Assembly (NCBI RefSeq): GCF_006345805.1
Contig: NW_021824741.1
Span: 1-17,860, forward strand
Origin: Octopus sinensis
Lineage: Eukaryota
Direction: 5' to 3'
Length of the DNA: 17,860 nucleotides
The position numbers and the translations under genes are program-made. Within the stretch, counting starts at the first letter, position 1, and the number at the start of each line of letters is the position of its first letter. Positions 7,595-17,307 of this stretch are shown here, in pieces. A model generated the notes under the pieces. It made no database searches. It saw only the letters and a program-made list of their open reading frames with translations, and was not told the DNA's origin.

Positions 7595-9250
7595 GGCGGC
7601 GAACTGGCAGAACCGTTAGCACGCCGGACAAAATGCTTAGCGGCATTTCTTCCGTCCTCACGTTCAGATTTCAAATTCCGTCGAGGTCGACTTTGCCTTT
7701 CACCCTTTCGGAGTCGATAAATTAAGTACCAGTTATGCACTGGGGTCGATGTAATCGACGTAATCCATTTGTCTGTCCTTGTTTGTCCCCTCTGTGTTTA
7801 GCCCCTTGTGGGTAGTAAAGAAATAAGTATTTCGTCTACCGTTACATTCTGAGTTCAAATTCCGTCGAGGTCGACTTTGCCTTTCATCCTTTCGGAGTCG
7901 ATAAATTAAGTACCAGTTATGCACTGGGCTCGATGTAATCGACGTAATCCGTTTGTCTGTCCTTGTTTGTCCCCTCTGTGTTTGGCCCCTTGTGGGTAGT
8001 AAAGAAATAGGTATTTCGTCTACCGTTACATTCTGAGTTCAAATTCCGTCGAGGTCGACTTTGCCTTTCATCCTTTCGGAGTCGATAAATTAAGTACCAG
8101 TTATGCACTGGGCTCGATGTAATCGACGTAATCCGTTTGTCTGTCCTTGTTTGTCCCCTCTGTGTTTGGCCCCTTGTGGGTAGTAAAGAAATAGGTATTT
8201 CGTCTACCGTTACATTCTGAGTTCAAATTCCGTCGAGGTCGACTTTGCCTTTCATCCTTTCGGAGTCGATAAATTAAGTACCAGTTATGCACTGGGCTCG
8301 ATGTAATCGACGTAATCCGTTTGTCTGTCCTTGTTTGTCCCCTCTGTGTTTTGGCCCCTTGTGGTAGTAAAGAAATAGGTATTTCGTCTACCGTTACATT
8401 CTGAGTTCAAATTCCGTCGAGGTCGACTTTGCCTTTCATCCTTTCGGAGTCGATAAATTAAGTACCATTATGCACTGGGCTCGATGTAATCGACGTAATC
8501 CGTTTGTCTGTCCTTGTTTGTCCCCTCTGTGTTTGGCCCCTTGTGGGTAGTAAAGAAATAGGTATTTCGTCTACCGTTACATTCTGAGTTCAAATTCCGT
8601 CGAGGTCGACTTTGCCTTTCATCCTTTCGGGGTCGATAAATTAAGTACCAGTTATGCGCTGGGGTCGATGTAATCGACGTAATCCATTTGTCTGTCCTTG
8701 TTTGTCTCCTCTATGTTTAGCCCCTTGTGGGTAGTAAAGAAATAGGTATTTCGTCTACCGTTACATTCTGAGTTCAAATTCCGTCGAGGTCGACTTTGCC
8801 TTTCATCCTTTCGGGGTCGATAAATTAAGTACCAGTTATGCACTGGGGTCGATGTAATCGACGTAATCCATTTGTCTGTCCTTGTTTGTCTCCTCTATGT
8901 TTAGCCCCTTGTGGGTAGTAAAGAAATAGGTATTTCGTCTGCCGTTACGTTCTGAGTTCAAATTCCGCCGAGGTCGACTTTGCCTTTCATCCTTTCGGAG
9001 TCGATAAATTAAGTACCAGTTATGCACTGGGGTCGATGTAATCGACTTAATCTCTTTGTCTTTTCTTGTTTGTCCCCTCTGTGTTTAGCCCCTTGTGGGT
9101 AGTAAAGAAATAGGTATTTCATCTACCGTTACGTTCTGAGTTCAAATTCCGTCGAGGTCGACTTTGCCTTTCATCCTTTCGGGGTCGCTTAAATAAGTTA
9201 CGTACTGGGGTCGATGTAATCAACCAGCCTCCTCCCCGAAACTGCTGGCC
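7595..9250 (+). repeat. SINE-derived tandem array: one SINE head, eight 184-bp units and a terminal partial unit with an alternative tail
   Basis: The anchor aaattccg(t/c)cgagg starts at 7673, 7857, 8041, 8225, 8409, 8592, 8776, 8960 and 9144 (period 184, once 183). The head ggcggcgaactggcagaaccgttagc occurs only at 7595. Confidence 0.95.
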
Positions 9251-9559
9251 CTCAACCATAATTATAAACCAAAATGAGAGCCAAAAACTGGCTCAAAGAT
9301 TCTGAACAGAACCAAAAGATCTGCTTCAATAAAAACGAATCAAATTCAACGCCTGACCACAAAAATCAGTGAACGGAAGAAACGAACGGAAAAGCGAGCC
9401 TCAACAGAGTAATCAGGTGAACCTGCTAGAAAGAGCAGCTAAATTCTCATCGAAGCGTCTTGAAAAGAGAGACAGAAAAAAAGAAAAGAAAGAAAGACAT
9501 TAGATGATGAGAGAATGTAAGATGTGTTGGTCATGGCTGGATGGAATGTCTTGACCGTG

Positions 9560-9801
9560 TGCCTGCTACTATTGCTCAAGCTACTATTACTACTGCTACT
9601 ACAGCGACTACTGCTGCTGCTCTTGCGAATACTGCTACTACTATTACTACAGCAGTACTATAGCTATTGCTGCTACTATAACTGCTGCTGCTGCTGCTAC
9701 TACTACTACCACCACCACAAACGCCGCTACTACTACCACTACTACTACTACCACTACCACCACGGCCCCTACCGCTACTACTACTACTACTACTACTACT
9801 A

Positions 9802-9836
<35 letters not shown>
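9560..9836. repeat. Compound (CTA)/(CTG)/(CCA) microsatellite
   Basis: Direct reading. Confidence 0.92.
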
Positions 9837-9954
9837 GACTAAATACTGAGCCTAGAATTAAGTTAATGTTAATATGTTGAATGCCGAGAACGTTAAGAAT
9901 CCGCCATTAAGAGCCGAAATGATTTTGCCGCGAGGCAAACTCGGCTTTTAACCA

Positions 9955-10250
9955 ACGAAGAAGAAGAAGGAGAAGGAGGAGAAGAAGAAAAAGAAGAAGA
10001 AGAAGAAGAAGAAGAAGAAGGGAAGAAGAAGAAGAAGAATAGGAAGAAGAAGAAGAATAGGAAGAAGAAGAAGAATAGGAAGAAGAAGAATAGGAAGGAG
10101 AAGAAGAAGAAGAAGAATAGGAAGAAGAAGAAGAATGGGAAGAAGAAGAATAGGAAGAAGAAGAAGAATAGGAAGAAGAAGAAGAAGAAGAAGAAGAAGA
10201 AGAAGAAGAATAAGAAGAAGAAGAAGAATAGGAAGAAGAAGAAGAAACTA
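9955..10250. repeat. (GAA)n microsatellite with recurrent TAG interruptions (15-18-nt higher-order unit)
   Basis: Repeated gaataggaagaagaagaa. Confidence 0.93.
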
Positions 10251-10442
10251 ACTTCAACGGCAGACATTTATAATCATGGCGAAATTAGCGTTGTAACACG
10301 TAGCCAAACCAGTACGTGATATTGTCATGGCTACGAGAGTTTGCGGGAAACTCTGCCGCTTGTTCACGCTGACAACGAGATCAAAAACAATAACTTTTTA
10401 ATCTGATTGACGACACACACACACACACACACACGATGCCTT

Positions 10443-10476
<34 letters not shown>

Positions 10477-10482
10477 TCTGTA

Positions 10483-10850
10483 TCTCTCTATATATAAATG
10501 GCAAAATGTCTGTCTGTGTGCGTGTCCTTTCTACAAATCCACAATTTTTCAGTTAGAGGCTCGCACTTTCTTATGTCATTGAAAACCGTCCAAGGGTGGT
10601 CGTGCACTCTTTACATTTCCCCAGTCACCCCTCAAAGCCATTAAAAAAATCAATAGAAGTGACTTTTTTGTGAATTTCCTATCCAAAACCCAATCAAAAT
10701 GCCCGAAACTTGATACGCCAATTGAATGCCAGCTAGCTGTATGTGATTGGTCGGGAGATTTGGACAGTATTCGCGTGTATGTGCGCAAGCATGCAACTGT
10801 ATATGCATGCACTAGCACTATGACCCGGCGTTGTCAGGTCATAGTGCTAG
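10483..10850 (+). mobile_element. Non-autonomous Helitron-like element
   Basis: 5' A|TCTCTCTATATATAAATGGCAAAATGTCTGTCTGTGTG (typical TC start followed by a short TGTC repeat). The 3' hairpin ends in GCTAG|T at 10850/10851, fitting the A|TC...CTRR|T rule with no TSD. Confidence 0.7.
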
Positions 10851-11027
10851 TAGTGTGTAAAATCCAAAGGAGCGAACCCAGGCGCCGCCTATCGAGTCAA
10901 GTACCGTGTAATTGTTTTATCTTAATTCTACATCTTCCCTGTAATTCGATGTGGTTAGCCAGAACCTGGATTATATCAGTGCTATTATAGTACCTACTCG
11001 GAATACAAAATCCATTTTTCTTTACGT

Positions 11028-11043
11028 CACACACACACACACA

Positions 11044-11095
<52 letters not shown>

Positions 11096-11109
11096 ACACA
11101 CACACACAC
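11028..11109. repeat. (CA)n microsatellite
   Basis: Direct reading. Confidence 0.97.
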
Positions 11110-11200
11110 AAGATGGAATAAACTTGCTTTAATTACAAGTTACCACATTTGTTTCTGTACTATGGCAACACCTGCCCGTTGCTAAGTTTTCAGTCTCATG

Positions 11201-11436
11201 CCTATTTCTTTATTGCCCACAAGGGGCTAAACATAGAGGGGACAAACAAGGACAAACAAACAGATTAAGTCTATTACATCGACCCCCAGTGCGAAACTGG
11301 TACTTAATTTATCGACCCCGAAAGAATGAAAGGCAAAGTCGACCTCGGCGGAATTTGAACTCAGAACGTAACGGCAGACGAAATACCGCTAAGCATTTCG
11401 CCCGGCCTGCTAACGATTCTGCCAGCTCGCCGCCTT
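11201..11436 (-). mobile_element. Full-length monomeric SINE (head + body + tail A)
   Basis: The reverse strand reads aaggcggcgagctggcagaatcgttagcaggccgggcgaaatgcttagcggtatttcgtctgccgttacgttctgagttcaaattccgccgagg...gtcccctctatgtttagccccttgtgggcaataaagaaatagg. Confidence 0.92.
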
Positions 11437-11454
11437 GTCAGTCTCATACCATTA

Positions 11455-11570
11455 CTCTTTACTCTTTTACTTGTTTCAATCATTTGACTGTGGCCATGCT
11501 GGAGCAAATCTACCCCCCAAGACTTATTCTAAGCCTAGTACTTATTCTATCGATCTCTTCTGCCGAATCA
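11455..11570 (-). mobile_element. OR1-like SINE tail fragment
   Basis: cttttacttgtttcaatcatttgactgtggccatgctggagc...agcctagtacttattctatcgatctc. Confidence 0.8.
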
Positions 11571-11639
11571 CAAAAATAAATATGACTTGCTATTAGCTAT
11601 TTGCCGACACTTCATCAGGTAGATAGCTTTTAAATCACC

Positions 11640-11720
11640 CCCTCCCAACCACCACCACCACCACCAGCACCAGCACCGGTGCCTCCGCCGCCGTCGCCAC
11701 CACCACCACAGCCACCACCA
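11640..11720. repeat. Degenerate (CCA)n repeat
   Basis: Direct reading. Confidence 0.85.
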
Positions 11721-12028
11721 AACATCGCGATCAACATTGATGTCTTGTTCTCTGACCAAATCATCTCCCAGGATGAAGACGAAAAAATATCCGAGTAAAA
11801 CTACTTCGAAGAGTAAAGAAAATTGACTACAGCCGTCACTCGCGAGCGAATATGGATGATGTATGGAAAAGCCTTAGGGGCTTAATGTAGTCGTCAGCAG
11901 GCGTAGACAACCCCTCGGTCCTCCATCCATTGATCTAGCAGAACATCGAGGATGTGAAAGCTGAAGGAAGAGAAACCTGCCCCAGTAGTCTGCTGATATT
12001 CATTCTCAGTTGAAGACACTGTGAATGC

Positions 12029-12155
12029 GTGTGGCCTACTGATTTGGGTTTTGGGCTAACGCTCATAAAGTCGTGGGTTCGATTCCTGCATCGGTCGGTA
12101 CGTTGTACCTTCGAGCAAAGAGCTTCATTTTACCTTGCTTCAGTCTATTCGCCTA
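12029..12155 (+). mobile_element. Third tRNA-derived CORE-like SINE family, decayed head
   Basis: gtgtggcctactgatttggg...gtcgtgggttcgattcc (B box ggttcgattcc), then gtaccttcgagcaaag, resembling the CORE 'tccttgagcaag'. Confidence 0.6.
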
Positions 12156-12176
12156 AATAATAACATCTCTCTTCAA

Positions 12177-12501
<325 letters not shown>

Positions 12502-12754
12502 ATATTTCTAATTATTATATATATCCTTCACACATATTTATTAAATGCCAGTTTTATGGCAGTTTTATTGTCAGCCATAAAGAAGAGAAACTATATTAAC
12601 AGAAAATAAAACAAGGAAACAAGTCTCTGAGGAACAAATTAGATTATTGCGTTCTAACACGAACGCCATTTTCCTCCACATAAAACCTGATTGGACAACC
12701 GAAGCAGCTGGTTGACCAATGAAAACCTCGAATGAAACTACTGACACGACACAG

Positions 12755-12920
12755 TTCTTTCTAATTTTGGTACAAGGCCAACAATCTCAGGGGAGGGGGG
12801 TTATTGATTATATCGACCCCAGTGCTACACCTAATAAAGTACCAGTCAAGTACTGCCGTTGGTGGAATCGACTTGGCCCTCACCTCAAAATTGCTGGCCT
12901 TGTGCCAAATTTAGAAAGAA
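12755..12920. mobile_element. Foldback made of two back-to-back SINE tail-B fragments
   Basis: ttctttctaattttggtacaaggccaacaat (12755-) is complementary to aattgctggccttgtgccaaatttagaaagaa (-12920). Confidence 0.8.
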
Positions 12921-12936
12921 TAATTTTTTTCTGCTT

Positions 12937-13259
12937 TTAACCCTCCAACGCGGAGTATAGGCCACTTATAGTTGAATTCCATGTCGCATAATTTTTTCGC
13001 TTTTGTACTTATACTCTGCCATGAATGTCCCCCTTTCTCCAGTTCCCTTTGTGTTGATCTCTGCCACGAGTTCTTAGGCCTAGCTTTCTTTCTATATCCA
13101 ACCGGTTTCCACTCTAAAGCACTTTTCGCTACATTTGGTGTGTCTTTTCTAATTGTGCTACCAATCCACTTCCACTTTTTCTTAAGTATTTGCTCCCTAA
13201 TCAAAACTTGATTTGTTCTTTGCCATAGCTCCATATTGGGGCCATCTAATTTTAAGTAT
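12937..13259 (-). pseudogene. RTE-clade LINE ORF2 C-terminal fragment (5'-truncated, frameshifted)
   Basis: ILKIRWP...ELWQRTNQVLIREQILKKKWKWIGSTIRKDTPNVAKSALEWKPVGYRKKARPKNSWQRSTQRELEKGGHSWQSISTKAK, then after a shift in an A-run KNYATWNSTISGLYSALEG*. This matches the RTE C-terminus pattern 'RKWKWIGHTLRK...ALEWNPQGKRKRGRPRNTWRR...W...A.DR..W...V.ALCS'. Confidence 0.88.
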
Positions 13260-13274
13260 ACTACGAAAGAATAA

Positions 13275-13476
13275 TAATGGTTCCATATTTTTGTACATAG
13301 CCTACCTTTTTAGAAGGCGGGAGTTAGTTGATTACATTGACCCCAGTGTTCAACTGGTACTTATTTTATCGACCCCGAAAGAATGAATAGTAAAGTTGAC
13401 CTCGGCACAATTTGAACTCAGAACGTAAAGACGGACGAAATGCCGCTCAGCATTTTGACCGGCATGCTAACGATTC
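13275..13476 (-). mobile_element. SINE (B-type head and tail)
   Basis: actggtacttattttatcgaccccgaaagaatg...gaactcagaacgtaaagacggacgaaatgccgctcagcattttgaccggcatgctaacgattc. Confidence 0.88.
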
Positions 13477-13880
13477 CTTTCTAGTCTAGACACAAAGCCC
13501 GAAATTTTGGGGGAGGGGGCCAGTCGATCAGATCGACACCAGTGCGCAACTGGTACTTAATTTATCGACCCCGAAAGGATGAAAGGCAAAGTCGACCTCG
13601 GCGGAATTTGAACTCAGAACGTAGCGGCAGACGAAATACCTATTTGTTTACTACCCACAAGGGGCTAAACACAGAGGGGACAAACAAGGACAGACAAACG
13701 GATTAAGTCGATTATATCGACCCCAGTGCGTAACTGGTACTTAATTTATCGACCCCGAAAGGATGAAAGGATGAAAGGCAAAGTCGACCTCGGCGGAATT
13801 TGAACTCAGAACGTAGCGGCAGACGAAATACCGCAAAGCATTTCGCCCGACGTGCTAACGTTTCTGCCAGCTTGCCGCTT
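13477..13880 (-). mobile_element. Dimeric SINE: head-body-tailA-body-tailB
   Basis: Two bodies joined at 13631-13650 (acgaaatacctatttgttta), which is the reverse complement of the array junction. An extra ggatgaaa duplication lies near 13760-13775. Confidence 0.92.
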
Positions 13881-13900
13881 TGATGATGATGATGATGATG

Positions 13901-13958
<58 letters not shown>

Positions 13959-13973
13959 TAATAATAATAATAA
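13881..13973. repeat. (GAT)n(AAT)n microsatellite
   Basis: Direct reading. Confidence 0.95.
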
Positions 13974-14190
13974 TGGTTTCAAATTTTAGCACAAGGCCGG
14001 CAATTTCGGGGGATGCAGAAATCGATTAGATCGACCCAGGAGCTCAACCAGTACTTATTTAACCGACCCCGAAAAGATGAAAGGTAAAGTTGACCTCACC
14101 TGTATTTGAACTCAGAGCGTAATTAGCTGGAAAAAGTATCGCCAAGTATTTTGTCCGATGTACTGACGATTCTTCCAGCTCGTCGCTTTA
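13974..14190 (-). mobile_element. Diverged SINE (B-type)
   Basis: ggtttcaaattttagcacaaggccggcaatttc...gaccccgaaaagatgaaagg...gacgattcttccagctcgtcgcttt. Confidence 0.85.
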
Positions 14191-14194
14191 ATAA

Positions 14195-14420
14195 TCTTTT
14201 CTATTTTATACACAAGGCCTGAAAGTTGTGGGAGGGGTTAAGTCGATTACAGCGACCCCAGTGCGTAACTGGTACTTAATTTATCGACCCCGAAAGGATG
14301 AAAGGCAAAGTCTACCTCGACGGTATTTGAACTCAGATCGTAAAGACGGGCGGAATGCCGCTAAGCATTTCGCCGGGCGTGCTAACGATTCGGCCCCCTC
14401 ACAGCCTTGCTCGTCGCTTT
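14195..14420 (-). mobile_element. SINE (B-type tail)
   Basis: cacaaggcctgaaag...actggtacttaatttatcgaccccgaaaggatgaaaggcaaag...gctaagcatttcgccgggcgtgctaacgattc. Confidence 0.88.
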
Positions 14421-14558
14421 AATACTACTACTACTACTACTACCACCACCACCACCACCACCACCACCACTACTACTACCACTACTACTGCTACTACTAC
14501 CACACCACCACCACCACCACCACCACCACCACTACTCTACTACTACTACTACTACTAC

Positions 14559-14589
<31 letters not shown>

Positions 14590-14598
14590 TATAATAAT
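14421..14598. repeat. Compound (ACT)/(ACC)/(AAT) microsatellite
   Basis: Direct reading. Confidence 0.95.
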
Positions 14599-14599
14599 G

Positions 14600-14797
14600 A
14601 TTTCAAATTTTGGCTGAGGGCCAGCAAATTCGGGGAAAGGGTAAGTCGATGACTTCGACCCTCAGTATTCAACTGGTACTTATTTTATTGACTCCGAAAG
14701 GATGAAAGTCAACCTCAGCGGAATTTGAGCTCAAAACGCAGAAAGGGACGAAACGCCGTCGAGCATTTTGTCCAGCGATTCTCTCAGTTCGCTGCCT
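14600..14797 (-). mobile_element. Diverged SINE (B-type)
   Basis: gatttcaaattttggctgagggccagcaaattc...actggtacttattttattgactccgaaaggatgaaag...gcgattctctcagttcgctgcc. Confidence 0.83.
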
Positions 14798-14804
14798 TTT
14801 CCAA

Positions 14805-14830
14805 CAATAATGATGACGATGATGATGATG

Positions 14831-14864
<34 letters not shown>

Positions 14865-14943
14865 CGACGATGACGATGACGATGATGATGATGATGATGA
14901 CGATGATGATGATGATGACGATGACGATGATGATGACGATGAC

Positions 14944-14976
<33 letters not shown>
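14805..14976. repeat. (GAT/GAC)n microsatellite
   Basis: Direct reading. Confidence 0.96.
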
Positions 14977-14977
<1 letters not shown>

Positions 14978-15110
14978 TTCTCAAATTTTGGCAGAAGGCC
15001 AACAATTTTTAAGGAGAGAGGGTCAATCGATTCCATCGTCCCTGGTACTCGATTGATACTTTATTCTATCGACCCCCGAAAGGATGAAAGGCAAAGTCGA
15101 CCTCTTCGGG
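14978..15110 (-). mobile_element. SINE 3' fragment (B-type tail, headless)
   Basis: tctcaaattttggcagaaggccaacaatttt...atcgacccccgaaaggatgaaaggcaaagtcgacct. Confidence 0.8.
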
Positions 15111-15205
15111 ATTGCAGATGATAAGCAGCGGCAGAAGTTGTTTGAGAAAGAAATAGGTTCAGGAAATTCGGTTAAAAAATGCGCCAAAAAAAAAAAACTT
15201 TAAGC

Positions 15206-15531
15206 AGGTGGTTGTGGTGGTGGTTGTGGTGGTGGTGGTGGTGGTGGTGGTGGTGGTGATAGTGGTGGTGGTTGTTGTGTCAGTGGTTGTGGTGGTGGTG
15301 GTGGTGGTGGTGGTGTGGTGGTGGTGTTGGTGGTGGTTGGTGGTGGTGGTTGTGGTGGTGGTGGTGGTTGTGGTGGTGGTGGTGGTGGTGTTGGTGGCTG
15401 TGGTGGTTGTGGTGGTGGTGGTGGTTGTGGTGGTGGTTGTGGTTGTGGGTGGTGGTGGTGTGGGTGGTGTTGGTGGCTGTGGTGGTTGTGGTGGCGGTGG
15501 TGTTGGTGGTAGTGGTGGTGGTGGTGGTGGC
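15206..15531. repeat. (GGT/GTT)n microsatellite
   Basis: Direct reading. Confidence 0.96.
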
Positions 15532-15704
15532 AGCAATAAAAAAAAAAGTACTAATATAATAAATTTTAGATAATAAAACGGAGATGAGAGAATTTAACAC
15601 GAACTCACAAGTATTTAGGAATCAATAAATTCAGAAAGGAAAGGAAACAAGTTGGGGGGGGGGCGAAAATATTGCGCGCGTTTTATATATTTATTGTTAT
15701 TTTT

Positions 15705-15752
15705 ATTTGCTTCAGTCATTGGACTGCGGCCATGCTGGAGCATCGCCTTGAG
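15705..15752 (-). mobile_element. OR1-like SINE tail fragment
   Basis: ttgcttcagtcattggactgcggccatgctggagcatcgcc. Confidence 0.75.
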
Positions 15753-15809
15753 GGGATTATTATTAATTATTATTATTATTATTATATTATTATTATTATT
15801 ATTATTATT

Positions 15810-16127
15810 GAGTGAGAGAGCGGTTCATGCCATCAAAGTGACACTGGGGTAAAATATACAAAGCCCAGTATAATCCATCATGACTACCCGTCTGATAAGG
15901 GTACACTAGGCACATGCATCACAACCATATGTGCGGTGACATGGTGATCTCATATCAAGATAAACAGTGCATGACCTTGCAGGTGGGGCCCAGTTAGAAT
16001 TTTCTTCAGGTTGAGTAGCCCATCCTGCTCAAAAGGTCCCTGAATAAGGGTTGCTTTAGGATGTTGAACGAAACACCTATGTTTCCAGAGGTGAATTATT
16101 CAAACCCCAAAGAATCCCTCTCAACAC
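15810..16127 (-). mobile_element. Dispersed repeat, probably a retroelement 3' end with an (AAT)n tail
   Basis: I recall this as an abundant Octopus repeat (catgactacccgtctgataagggtacac...). It is flanked by (ATT)n on both sides, and the minus strand ends ...ctctctcactcaataataat. Family assignment uncertain. Confidence 0.5.
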
Positions 16128-16256
16128 TATTATTATTATTATTCTATGTTTGACTTTTGCTTTATATTTGTACAAGTTGGCTCCAAGTCTCACCCAGAGA
16201 CCTCAAGAGACAACAGGTTGGAAGTTCATGTTGTTGTTGTTGTTATTATTATTATT

Positions 16257-16476
16257 AAGGCAGCGATCTGGCAGTATCGCTAACCTGTCGGGCAAAATGC
16301 TTAGCAGCTTTTTGTCCGTCTTTACGTTCTGAGTTCAAATTCCGCCGCGATCGACTTTGCCTTTCATCATTTTGGAGTCGATAAAATAAGTACCAGTTGA
16401 GTTGAGGGGTCGCTGTAATCGACTTACCCCCTCCACCGAAATTACTGGCCTTGTGCCAAAATTTGAAACCATTATT
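16257..16476 (+). mobile_element. Full-length SINE (B-type head and tail)
   Basis: aaggcagcgatctggcagtatcgc...gagttcaaattccgcc...gacttaccccctccaccgaaattactggccttgtgccaaaatttgaaaccattatt. Confidence 0.9.
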
Positions 16477-17046
16477 CGAAGCTAAGAGAAGAAAGAAGAC
16501 TCGGGGTAGAGTCTTATGTGGAATATACTAGTATATACAGTAAAACGAAATGAAGAATGGTACATAAAGAATTTAACAGAAAAAGCTAAAAAAAAAACAT
16601 GATTAAAAAGTAAATATAAAAAAAAACAGCTGCGTATCTTGAAGGAAATAAAAACCAGACAGTGAGGTAAAGAGATGGCTGTGAGGTTGAGGGGACAAAG
16701 AGCAACAGAGGATATTGAAAAACATACAAATAAAGTAAAACAACAGCATTGAAAATGGGATTAGAAAAATGTTATGCGAAGACTTTGCCAAGAAAAATAT
16801 CTGGAAAGACCTTACACGGTTTTGATACCTGACAAGGTAGAAACAAAGCAAAAAAAAAAAAAAACTGCGAATGAATAATAGAGTTATATAGTTAAATAAG
16901 ATTCAGGTAAAAAAAAAAAAGAAAAACGAAACAAAATAAAGACTTGCAGAATGCTATGCAAGGCTCTTCCACATTCAATGGCTACCAGATGTCGTCACAC
17001 ACCGGAAATGCTCCAGCTAATGTAAATACACCGGAAATTCCATTAC

Positions 17047-17049
17047 CTC

Positions 17050-17091
<42 letters not shown>

Positions 17092-17104
17092 CATCCATCC
17101 ATCC

Positions 17105-17158
<54 letters not shown>

Positions 17159-17162
17159 GTTC

Positions 17163-17194
<32 letters not shown>

Positions 17195-17265
17195 GTCTGT
17201 CTATCTGTCTATCTATCTACATCTCTATCTATCTATCTATCCCTCTGTCTATCTATCTATGTATA

Positions 17266-17307
<42 letters not shown>

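Noticed and set aside
7733-9027. Repeated 63-aa minus-strand ORFs (MHNWYLIYR...)
   Set aside because: They are the antisense reading of the SINE unit; the same peptide start appears at every dispersed SINE copy, and indels break it in units 4-5.
7673-9220. CRISPR-like array
   Set aside because: Units are near-identical along their full 184 bp with no unique spacers, derive from a SINE, and there are no cas genes; the context is eukaryotic.
7673-9220. Retrozyme / hammerhead ribozyme repeat
   Set aside because: The unit size fits, but I find no CTGANGA core on either strand of the unit. Other ribozyme classes cannot be excluded without an Infernal/Rfam search.
11895-12000. Possible structured RNA or LINE 5' ribozyme
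   Set aside because: Only a weak partial stem (catcc...ggatg); no HDV-like or hammerhead topology could be built by eye.
14725-15600. Poly-D, poly-M, poly-T, poly-V and poly-H ORFs
   Set aside because: Translations of trinucleotide microsatellites. The same applies to 2148-2559, 9524-10267 and 14355-14652.
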